IMG/VR virus record: IMGVR_UViG_3300044846_001842
Location: 1 to 64,000 of that record
Direction: 5' to 3' (one strand)
Length of the DNA: 64,000 bases
DNA from: a virus
Under the pieces are notes generated by a model, which was given only the letters and a program-made list of their open reading frames with translations, did not search any database and had not been told where the DNA came from. Below are positions 50,876 through 58,119 of this stretch, piece by piece. How positions within the stretch are numbered: the first letter of the stretch is position 1; every line of letters starts with the position of its first letter. The translations under genes were made by a program, and so were the position numbers.

Positions 50876-51205
50876 GGTATAATTAAAATGTAATTTCTGT
50901 AAAAAGTCATCTTCTCTCTTGTCTAGAGCTGCTACTAAGGGTAGTGGAGTAGTGTCAAAGGTATCTGTATTAAAATACTTGGCTAACCTGAAGCACTCCT
51001 TAAGGTGAGCTTTTATCACCAGTGCTTTTTCTGACTTAGTCCTTGCTACATAACAACTCTCAATAGGAAAAAGATAGACTTTTAAAGTTTCCTCACTGTC
51101 CTTGTGAATATGAATGGCACTTCTAAAGACATAAATGTTATCTTCTGTACTTTCTGTTTCATAATCAGGAAAGATTGGAAGATCTTCAATGTCCTCTTGT
51201 CTCAT
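50873..51205 (-). CDS. Hypothetical protein
   Basis: 110-aa ORF, last gene of the - strand unit. Confidence 0.5.
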   Translation of the reverse strand: MRQEDIEDLPIFPDYETESTEDNIYVFRSAIHIHKDSEETLKVYLFPIESCYVARTKSEKALVIKAHLKECFRLAKYFNTDTFDTTPLPLVAALDKREDDFLQKLHFNYT

Positions 51206-51401
51206 CTATAATTGGTTCTTGTATGGGATTTTCAGTTCTTTCTTGCCAACCTGTTAACTTTTTCCATTGTGCTAAAAGACTGTTAGCTTTATGGACTAAA
51301 AAAGTAGGAATGTACTCTCTATTAAAAATAGACCTAAGATTCTCTTCTACATTTTTTATTTCTTCTAACTCATGTTTTGTGAAAGTTTTTCTTGATTTCA
51401 T
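51186..51401 (-). CDS. Hypothetical protein
   Basis: 71-aa ORF overlapping the next gene. Confidence 0.45.
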   Translation of the reverse strand: MKSRKTFTKHELEEIKNVEENLRSIFNREYIPTFLVHKANSLLAQWKKLTGWQERTENPIQEPIIDETRGH

Positions 51402-51411
51402 TTTAAATTTT

Positions 51412-51448
51412 CAAAACTGCAAAAGTTGCAGGTTTTGCAACTCTTGCA
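51412..51448 (-). terminator. Hairpin/terminator after the MazG-like gene
   Basis: - strand UGCAAGAGUUGCA-AAACC-UGCAACUUUUGCA 13-bp stem (one G-U pair) followed by GUUUU. Confidence 0.55.
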
Positions 51449-51457
51449 AGTTATTAA

Positions 51458-52147
51458 TTATTTTTCTAGTTCAGCTCTTTCAGCTTCTAAGTCTCTGTTT
51501 TGAGCAGCTTCATTAGTAAATTTTTCCGGGTATCTTACTTTCAACTTATCAATGTTATTAGTAAGTAATTGGAAAAAGTCTAACTCATAAAACTGAGCAA
51601 TATTTGCTAAGACAGCTAGTTGTACAATAGGAGCATTAAACATGTTGTTAGTTGGACCACAATAAGTCATCAAAATAACAGTTAATAATGCTTCAGATTT
51701 TAATTCTAAAGGAAGTTCAGCTTCAGTAAACATACCTTCTTTAATTATTGTACTTATCTCTGCAACAACTGTATCAAAGTTATCATCAAGAGGTACTTCA
51801 TGAAATCTACATTTGTTTACAATGTACCAAGCTGTGTCAGCAAGTTCTTCTCCTAAGTTGACAATGTCAATAGGTTTTTGATAGGCTAAGAATTTCTTGA
51901 AGATATCAAGAGTCTCTCCAATTTCAGTCACAACACCTAAATTCATGTGTCTTTCATTTAGGTCTGGAGTTCCTAAATCTGGGCAGGTTCTGGCTGCAAG
52001 TCCTTGATATTCAAGGATAGTTTCAATTTTACTCATTCTTTTTGTTTTGGTTAAAAATTCTGTCATTTTCATTCCTGAAATAAAAGGCTTGTCAAAGATA
52101 GGAATAAAATTCTTCTTAAACAGAGCCTTTTCCCATTCCGGATTCAT
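51458..52147 (-). CDS. MazG-like nucleotide pyrophosphohydrolase
   Basis: GVVTEIGETLDIFKK..GEELADTAWY..NIDKLKVRYP motifs. Confidence 0.8.
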   Translation of the reverse strand: MNPEWEKALFKKNFIPIFDKPFISGMKMTEFLTKTKRMSKIETILEYQGLAARTCPDLGTPDLNERHMNLGVVTEIGETLDIFKKFLAYQKPIDIVNLGEELADTAWYIVNKCRFHEVPLDDNFDTVVAEISTIIKEGMFTEAELPLELKSEALLTVILMTYCGPTNNMFNAPIVQLAVLANIAQFYELDFFQLLTNNIDKLKVRYPEKFTNEAAQNRDLEAERAELEK

Positions 52148-53241
52148 TATTTATCAAGTCTAAAACCTACACATACAGGAAATCTTGGGATGCCACCATC
52201 TGTGTACTCAAAGAATCTAACCTCTGCCATCTTACCAATGTAATTCTGCTTGTTAGCTAAGATCTCTTCTCTTTCAGCATGACTAAATTTCATACCACAG
52301 TTAAAGTTTTGGACCCAAACATTGTCTCCTGCTTGTTCCATTTTCTTAGAACAAACTACAACACCTTGTTCAGGTCTACTTTCAGAAGGAACTACATCAA
52401 CTACTTGATAAACTTCATCTAAGAAATCTTTGTATTTTAGTAATTGAGAACTTCTCTTGTTTACAGCATACCCTTCTTCAGAGTGTCTCACCATAGTGCC
52501 TTCATATCCTTGAGCAATAAATCTCTGATGAAAGTCTATGATTTCTTCCTGGGAATTTACAATCCAAGTAGGTACAATCTCAATGTTAGGATTATCTAGA
52601 TTTCTAAGTAAGTTATATAATATAGCATGTCTTTCTTCAAAAGGAGCATCCATAACTATATCATAGACATGATATTTAACCTGCTCTGTAAGATGAGGTC
52701 TGTATTTCTTGATTAGTTTCATATTCTCTTGGAAAGAGATGCCATGGGCATATAACTCTCCATCTAAAACCACATCTTCAAGATCTGCCAACACTATATG
52801 ACCAAGAGTATCTATAGCCTTTCCTGTTCTTGACATAAACCCATCATCTTCAGAACCTAAAGATCTCATACCATCTAGCTTAGGTTGTACATAACAAGGA
52901 AATGTAACTTTCTTCACTTCCTTCTTAAAATCCTTAGCTAGCATTGGTAATAAGAAATCCTTACCTCCTTTTTCTTGAGCTTCTTCTATACTATTGAAGT
53001 AACCTAATCTCATCTTTTCAGTAAGTTTAGCTTGAGCTTCAATTAAGGCTTGTGATTCAGGTGTAGTAGCATTGCTTTTACCTACATTCTTTGCTTCACA
53101 AGCACTTCTGTTAATCACTGGGTTATTGGTACCAACTACCCCTGATTCTTGCACTACAAAGTGCCCTTCATTACTTATCTCTAAGTATCTGATTTTTCCT
53201 GATGAATCTTTCTTGTAGATTCTTTTACAAAGTATTGCCAT
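52147..53241 (-). CDS. ATP-dependent DNA ligase
   Basis: QPKLDGMR (motif I), LDGELY, YHVYD, YEGTMVR, LLKYK, PRFP. Confidence 0.95.
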   Translation of the reverse strand: MAILCKRIYKKDSSGKIRYLEISNEGHFVVQESGVVGTNNPVINRSACEAKNVGKSNATTPESQALIEAQAKLTEKMRLGYFNSIEEAQEKGGKDFLLPMLAKDFKKEVKKVTFPCYVQPKLDGMRSLGSEDDGFMSRTGKAIDTLGHIVLADLEDVVLDGELYAHGISFQENMKLIKKYRPHLTEQVKYHVYDIVMDAPFEERHAILYNLLRNLDNPNIEIVPTWIVNSQEEIIDFHQRFIAQGYEGTMVRHSEEGYAVNKRSSQLLKYKDFLDEVYQVVDVVPSESRPEQGVVVCSKKMEQAGDNVWVQNFNCGMKFSHAEREEILANKQNYIGKMAEVRFFEYTDGGIPRFPVCVGFRLDK

Positions 53242-53449
53242 ATTGATGAATATAAAGAGGAAGTCTTTCCTCTGTTTTGTGAAGATCTACTATCATCCAT
53301 TGGCATTGACTTTCTTTAAAAGTTTGACCATGTTCTGAATAGTGTTCAGTTAAAAAATGCTCACCACTTTCCCAAATATTAGGGTCATAGGAAAAAATAT
53401 GGACTTCCTGTGTAGAGAAGTCCATAATAATTATCTTCTGATTAACCAT
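53225..53449 (-). CDS. Hypothetical protein
   Basis: 74-aa ORF with TAATG coupling. Confidence 0.5.
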   Translation of the reverse strand: MVNQKIIIMDFSTQEVHIFSYDPNIWESGEHFLTEHYSEHGQTFKESQCQWMIVDLHKTEERLPLYIHQYGNTL

Positions 53450-53736
53450 TACTCTAACCCAATAATATCAAGATAGTGTACAATAGTCAAAGCAGTAACT
53501 GGGTCTTTTTGGTCTTTAGGAGAAGTTACATTCATCCCATTAAAAGTTACATGATTTTGAAAGATAGGTGCTTTACCCACTTCTATTCCATGTGCTTCAG
53601 GAACCATAGGCCCAATTTCTTTGATTTCAAAAGTGGTTGTGTAACCATCTTTTTCATTCTTGCCTGGCAAGATTACAAAACTTTTCTTTTTAGTGTCTGT
53701 TTGTTGCACTAATACATATTCCCCTGTTACTTTCAT
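53449..53736 (-). CDS. GroES/Cpn10-like co-chaperonin
   Basis: 95 aa; MKVTGEYVLV..VILP..IKEIGP..IEVGKAPIF..IVHYLDIIG follows the Cpn10 pattern. Confidence 0.6.
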   Translation of the reverse strand: MKVTGEYVLVQQTDTKKKSFVILPGKNEKDGYTTTFEIKEIGPMVPEAHGIEVGKAPIFQNHVTFNGMNVTSPKDQKDPVTALTIVHYLDIIGLE

Positions 53737-54050
53737 TACTTTAATTGTTTACCTTCAACATTTCTTTTAATTCTGTCTGCAGTTCTTTTATTTAACCATA
53801 AAAGAGCTTCATCAAGCTTTGTAATAGCAATGGCATTTTCTCTACAAGGAAATTTAGATTGCAAAAAGTTTAATCTATTTAATAAAACTTCTAAAAGTTC
53901 TTCATTAGTAGTACCATCAACAATAGTTTCTAATTCAGTAGAACCTTCTTCTTTTGGCTCTTTATGAATAAATTGTAAAAGCTGACCTGGATTTTCTTTG
54001 TTTTCAAAATTGGACAATTCATATTGATGCCCTGGAACATTTACTTTCAT
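53736..54050 (-). CDS. tad1: Tad1-family cyclic-nucleotide sponge (anti-Thoeris/anti-CBASS)
   Basis: GTTNEELL..L..RL..FPCRENAIAITKLDEALLWLNKRT..R..RNVEG closely matches the Tad1 C-terminal signature. Confidence 0.85.
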   Translation of the reverse strand: MKVNVPGHQYELSNFENKENPGQLLQFIHKEPKEEGSTELETIVDGTTNEELLEVLLNRLNFLQSKFPCRENAIAITKLDEALLWLNKRTADRIKRNVEGKQLK

Positions 54051-54073
54051 AGGATTTTAAATTTATTTGTTTA

Positions 54074-54081
54074 CAAATATA
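54074..54081 (-). promoter_or_regulatory. -7 element (TATATTTG) upstream of tad1
   Basis: CAAATATA on the + strand, in the 47-nt intergenic gap. Confidence 0.6.
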
Positions 54082-54097
54082 AAGAAAAATATTTACA

Positions 54098-54949
54098 CTA
54101 AAAAATGTATCTAATTGTTTCTAAGGGAAAATACTTAGAATATAGTTCTTTAAATTGTTGAATTAAACTGTTTTTGAATTGCCATTGGTATCTAATATTA
54201 TCAGCAGCATACTGAGAGTTTTTAGACTCTTGAATTGTAGGTTGCCAAAGGTAATAGTTAACATCAGCTTTATTCCTTGAAAATTGATTTACATTATAAG
54301 TCATAAATATACATTCTGACTTAAAATCAATGCCTTGTAGTTGTTTAAATAATTCCTCATAGTCTTCTAACCAAGTAGGATAGTAAACTATAGGACTGAA
54401 ATTTATATGCACTTCCATTTTTGTTTGAAGTATAGGTATCATAGCAATTCTATCAGCTATGCTGTCAGTATTGGGTTCTAAGATACTTGATATAAATTGG
54501 GGCATAAGACTTACTCTTATTCTATGCTTACCCGGAGTCAAGTTATACTTTTGTAGCTTAAACTTTGTTGGGTATTTGGTGGCAAAAGTTGTTTTCAGTT
54601 TGTATTGTGTATTGAAGAAATCAAATACCTGTTGCCAATTATAGTGTTTACTATGTAAAGGCACATCAGTACTACATCCTATATCAACACAATAATAAGT
54701 GTCATCTACTTGATTAGGTTCTTTGGGCCAAGGCTTAGTGTCTACCCAGTCATAAATAGATCTTAGAATTTGCTCTGTGTTTTCATTGATATAAACCTTG
54801 TCATGATTATACCTACCTACATAGCAATTATGAGTAAGAATGTTATTAGCAAAGTAATTTTCATTATCTTTTACAGCAAAGTTATAAAAAATTTTGCTAT
54901 TTTTGTTGTCTAAAATCTTACTGATTCTCGTAATTTTTAATTTTCTCAT
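54098..54949 (-). CDS. C-half of split gene: Int-C (41 aa) plus C-extein of a spore-photoproduct-lyase-like radical SAM protein
   Basis: Intein blocks F/G FYNFAVKDNENYFANNILTHN|C, then SPL-like KEPNQVD..VDIGCSTD, FATKY, RIRVSLMPQ..LEP, HINFSPIV. Confidence 0.88.
   Translation of the reverse strand: MRKLKITRISKILDNKNSKIFYNFAVKDNENYFANNILTHNCYVGRYNHDKVYINENTEQILRSIYDWVDTKPWPKEPNQVDDTYYCVDIGCSTDVPLHSKHYNWQQVFDFFNTQYKLKTTFATKYPTKFKLQKYNLTPGKHRIRVSLMPQFISSILEPNTDSIADRIAMIPILQTKMEVHINFSPIVYYPTWLEDYEELFKQLQGIDFKSECIFMTYNVNQFSRNKADVNYYLWQPTIQESKNSQYAADNIRYQWQFKNSLIQQFKELYSKYFPLETIRYIF
54827..54949 (-). mobile_element. Split intein C-fragment (Int-C)
   Basis: Has its own ATG, ends His-Asn, followed by Cys+1 (54824-54826). 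Confidence 0.9.
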
Positions 54950-54950
54950 T

Positions 54951-55781
54951 ATGTTAATTTTTTACTCTCACATTGAAGCAGGAAAACATTTTAAATGTGA
55001 TCCAAGGACTGCAAAAAACAATCTACTCAATACCCAATACGTTATTGACAAATCTTCAGAGTATAACCCTAATACTTTATTTAGAACCTGTAAAAAATGT
55101 GAAAATAAATACACTTCTTCTAAAGGTAGGGCAGGATACTGTCCTAGTTGTAAAAATAAAATTTCTAAAAAAATATTAAATAGAGTTTGTAAAATCTGTA
55201 GTATTACTGCAACTAATATCAACCCTGTGTCTTTAAAATCTTGTATTTGTAAAAAATGTTCTCAGACAGGGATAGGAAGAAAGCTTCAAGCAATTTTTAT
55301 TTCAAATTTACAAACAGGTGTAAACAACTCTAATTTTGTACATGGTAATTCTACAATAAAAATATGGCAAAACAGTAGATGGGTAAAACTAAGAAAGAAT
55401 TACCCAAATAAAGTTTGTTTAAAATGTGGTAAAACAACTAATATACATTTACATCACATAATTCCTCAATGTTTATTACCTCATGAAGAAAAGTTTAACT
55501 TAGATAATATAATACCTTTATGTTCTAATCATCACAAAGAACTTCATCATCTTCAGTTAGATATTGTGCTTCTACCCAGCCTTTACCTACAATATAAAAA
55601 GGATGCTCAGCAGTTACAACAATTTTTTTACCTTCAACCTCAATTTCAATCCATGAGTTTGACTCCCTTGAAAAAATATGATGACATTTCTTTGGTTCAA
55701 CTAACTCCAAAGAATTATTATAAGATAATACAAAAGTGTCATCCTGAATTTTTTCAACAGGAATTTGCCCATTTGGTGTAG
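54951..55781 (+). CDS. HNH homing endonuclease, antisense to the split-intein gene
   Basis: NUMOD1-like start, CxxC pairs, GVNNSNFVHG, HNH core CLKCG..HLHHIIP..LDNIIPLCSNHHKELH; ATG at 54951 is likelier than TTG at 54894; TATTTTTG at 54898-54905 upstream. Confidence 0.85.
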   Translation: MLIFYSHIEAGKHFKCDPRTAKNNLLNTQYVIDKSSEYNPNTLFRTCKKCENKYTSSKGRAGYCPSCKNKISKKILNRVCKICSITATNINPVSLKSCICKKCSQTGIGRKLQAIFISNLQTGVNNSNFVHGNSTIKIWQNSRWVKLRKNYPNKVCLKCGKTTNIHLHHIIPQCLLPHEEKFNLDNIIPLCSNHHKELHHLQLDIVLLPSLYLQYKKDAQQLQQFFYLQPQFQSMSLTPLKKYDDISLVQLTPKNYYKIIQKCHPEFFQQEFAHLV

Positions 55782-55923
55782 AAATTAGTGTGCCTTTTTC
55801 TACACAATATGATTTCATACACCCTCCTAAACAGCCATAAATAAAATTAGGAGAAATAGCATCACTGCTTCTCCCATTATCTCTAGTTACTAGGGTTTTA
55901 GTCTTTTGTTTCTTGATTTCCAT
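55525..55923 (-). CDS. N-half of split gene: 39-aa N-extein of SPL-like radical SAM protein plus Int-N (93 aa)
   Basis: RDNGRSSDAISPNFIYGCLGGCMKSY, then intein block A CVEKGTLISTPNG, block B VTAEHPF, GWVEAQYL..DEVL, stop. Confidence 0.88.
   Translation of the reverse strand: MEIKKQKTKTLVTRDNGRSSDAISPNFIYGCLGGCMKSYCVEKGTLISTPNGQIPVEKIQDDTFVLSYNNSLELVEPKKCHHIFSRESNSWIEIEVEGKKIVVTAEHPFYIVGKGWVEAQYLTEDDEVLCDD
55528..55806 (-). mobile_element. Split intein N-fragment (Int-N)
   Basis: Cys1 at 55804-55806, TxxH block B, acidic end, TAG stop at 55525-55527. Confidence 0.9.
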
Positions 55924-56143
55924 TAGGTAAATAAATTGCTATAATTTGTTTATAAGCTTTATCATAATCAAAAGGTAAAAGACTAGTCCATGTTTCAAAG
56001 TCTACTGTAATATTAGGTTGAATACTATTTCCAGACTCTACTACAGTTAAAGTAAAAGAATAATCTAGATTGTTATGATTATAAATTCCTTTATAAAAAA
56101 TGTGTTTTGCAAAAGGTTGTCTTTCAAGATTTACTTGTGTCAT
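55898..56143 (-). CDS. Hypothetical protein
   Basis: 81-aa ORF within the operon. Confidence 0.5.
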   Translation of the reverse strand: MTQVNLERQPFAKHIFYKGIYNHNNLDYSFTLTVVESGNSIQPNITVDFETWTSLLPFDYDKAYKQIIAIYLPNGNQETKD

Positions 56144-56161
56144 CTTTAATTTGTTTTAAGG

Positions 56162-56347
56162 TTATTCATCTATTCCTACTAAATCACAAATATCATTGTA
56201 AGCTAACTGAACTTCATGAGCTTCTGAGCCACCTTCTTCTACCTCATCTTGACAAAGAGAGATAAAAGACCAAATTTCATCTTTGTGTTTGGGGTGTTCT
56301 TTTGCAACATTCCTTGCCCACTGCACTAATTGCTCTAAATTAGTCAT
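56162..56347 (-). CDS. Hypothetical protein
   Basis: 61-aa helical ORF within the operon. Confidence 0.5.
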   Translation of the reverse strand: MTNLEQLVQWARNVAKEHPKHKDEIWSFISLCQDEVEEGGSEAHEVQLAYNDICDLVGIDE

Positions 56348-56576
56348 CTTCTTGAGCTGAGTCTATAACATTAAACATGCCTGTAACAATTTTGTCCTTA
56401 TCTTCAAATTTGTAAAACTCTCCAAAGTCAGTGTCATCTAACCCTCTATCAATAGCTGCTCTATCTCTAGAACTAACCTCAGGGCAAGGAATTTGTTTCT
56501 GAGTCTTAGTTGTTTTATCATATTCATTCATAATACACTCTATAGTAAGGCTTTTAATTTTAATTTTTTGATTCAT
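56340..56576 (-). CDS. Hypothetical protein
   Basis: 78-aa ORF within the operon. Confidence 0.5.
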   Translation of the reverse strand: MNQKIKIKSLTIECIMNEYDKTTKTQKQIPCPEVSSRDRAAIDRGLDDTDFGEFYKFEDKDKIVTGMFNVIDSAQEDD

Positions 56577-56578
56577 TT

Positions 56579-56962
56579 TTAGTAATTATTAATTTTTTCT
56601 TTAATACTTGCCTCACATAAGATTAGATAGTTTATCAAATCTCCTATTTTTTCATCTACTACTTCTTGTTCAGGAAGCTTCCCTTGTTCTATATCATTCA
56701 GTATATCTAAGAATGATACATAGTGCTTAACTGCAAAACCCCAAAGAGCTTTCTCTTCAGTAGTGTTTTGCACTTTAGCAGCTATCCTAAAATTGTGTAG
56801 AGGGTCATTGTCTCTTCTGTACTCTTTCCCTTTTTCTACAAGAGTCCTCTTGATTATCATACATCTTGTATCTACAAGAGTGTCAAATTGAGTTTCACTT
56901 AGCTTATTATAAATTACTGATTTAGGCTTTTCTTCCATACCAAATATTTTGAAGTTTAACAA
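56579..56962 (-). CDS. DUF1599 / nucleotide-modification-associated helical protein
   Basis: EKGKEY..DPLHNF..KH..DEKIGDLINYLIL; start may be the ATG ending at 56938. Confidence 0.6.
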   Translation of the reverse strand: MLNFKIFGMEEKPKSVIYNKLSETQFDTLVDTRCMIIKRTLVEKGKEYRRDNDPLHNFRIAAKVQNTTEEKALWGFAVKHYVSFLDILNDIEQGKLPEQEVVDEKIGDLINYLILCEASIKEKINNY

Positions 56963-57233
56963 TTAACTTTTGCCACCATTTGAGAGCTATTCTCCCAAGA
57001 GCTTTGTAAGAAGGTTTTTGAAGTTCTTCTGGGGTAAATGCTACACAAAGAGCTTCTCTAACCCATTTAGGCTTAAATTGCTCACTTGCATAGTTTTCCC
57101 ATCTAAGTAAAAGATAGATGTTTTTACCTCTTTTTTCAACAGCCATAACCCTAGCAGGGTTAGAGTTGTTTTTGTAGAGAACATAGACTTTTTCTTCACT
57201 AAGGCTGTTTTTTTCTTTTTTAAAATTCCACAT
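56922..57233 (-). CDS. Hypothetical protein
   Basis: 103-aa ORF within the operon. Confidence 0.45.
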   Translation of the reverse strand: MWNFKKEKNSLSEEKVYVLYKNNSNPARVMAVEKRGKNIYLLLRWENYASEQFKPKWVREALCVAFTPEELQKPSYKALGRIALKWWQKLIVKLQNIWYGRKA

Positions 57234-57441
57234 ATTCTACATTTTGAGATTGCAACTCTGCAATTAATATAGAATCTTCTACTGAAATAGCTGGTGTCTC
57301 ATCTAGAATAGTTTCTAAATTGTAACTACATTCTTCATCATTAGGATTTACCATAGAAGGAGAAATATTTTTCTTTATCCAAGCTTTAAAAGAAGGAGTA
57401 AAGTCAGGCTGAAAAGCTGTAATAATTAATGTGTGTGCCAT
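57220..57441 (-). CDS. Hypothetical protein
   Basis: 73-aa ORF within the operon. Confidence 0.5.
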   Translation of the reverse strand: MAHTLIITAFQPDFTPSFKAWIKKNISPSMVNPNDEECSYNLETILDETPAISVEDSILIAELQSQNVEYVEF

Positions 57442-57471
57442 CTGATTAAAATTAATGAAAGCTAAGGGGGA

Positions 57472-58119
57472 TCACTCCCCCAAAGGCTTCCAAGTGTTAA
57501 AAAATTCTTCTTCTTTATTAGGAGGAAGATCATATTCCCAAGAACCTTGTAAAAAATCTTGTTCTTCTAACTGAACATTAAATACTTCTTTAACTAAAAG
57601 TTTAAACTGCTCTTTAGCAAATAGTGTTTTAAACAATACATGTCTAGCAGTAGCTTTATTTTCATCTCCAAAAAAAAGATTAATTTCATTCTTGGTGTAC
57701 ATTAAACTATACTTACCCAATAAAAATTTATCATAGACATCAGCTAATTCAGGTGGAAAGGCTAATACTATCATTTGTTTTCTACTGTTGTGCTCAAGAA
57801 TTGAGTCATAAGCATAATCTGTGACATAATATTCTTGATGTTTTACCCAATCCATAAAGTTTTGGAATAAATCAGGTCTTACAAGTTTGTCTACAAGAAT
57901 AAAAATATTCTTTTGACCTTCTAAATGAGTACCTTCTAACAAAGAATCATGTATGCCAAAGGCTAACTTAAAGACCAAGTTTAACTTGGTCTTCAAAGTA
58001 GGCCCATAGAAATTAAGAGCAGGAACTAAGTACTTAACGGTTCTGTTTACATACAATTTTCCTAACTCAATTTCTATACCTGTTTTTACAATTTTAGACA
58101 ATACCATCCCATGATACAA
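57472..58119 (-). CDS. Conserved hypothetical protein following the RecE-like nuclease
   Basis: 215 aa; YDKFLLGKYS motif. Confidence 0.5.
   Translation of the reverse strand: MYHGMVLSKIVKTGIEIELGKLYVNRTVKYLVPALNFYGPTLKTKLNLVFKLAFGIHDSLLEGTHLEGQKNIFILVDKLVRPDLFQNFMDWVKHQEYYVTDYAYDSILEHNSRKQMIVLAFPPELADVYDKFLLGKYSLMYTKNEINLFFGDENKATARHVLFKTLFAKEQFKLLVKEVFNVQLEEQDFLQGSWEYDLPPNKEEEFFNTWKPLGE

Noticed and set aside
54968-55222. 84-aa - strand ORF between the intein halves, and the 54973-55179 + strand ORF
   Set aside because: Shadow or alternative frame of the HNH gene; no intein or endonuclease motifs, and it does not bridge the halves
54950-55524. Possibility that the gap between intein halves is a self-splicing intron
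   Set aside because: No group I P/Q/R/S or group II domain V elements seen; Int-N has a stop and Int-C has its own ATG
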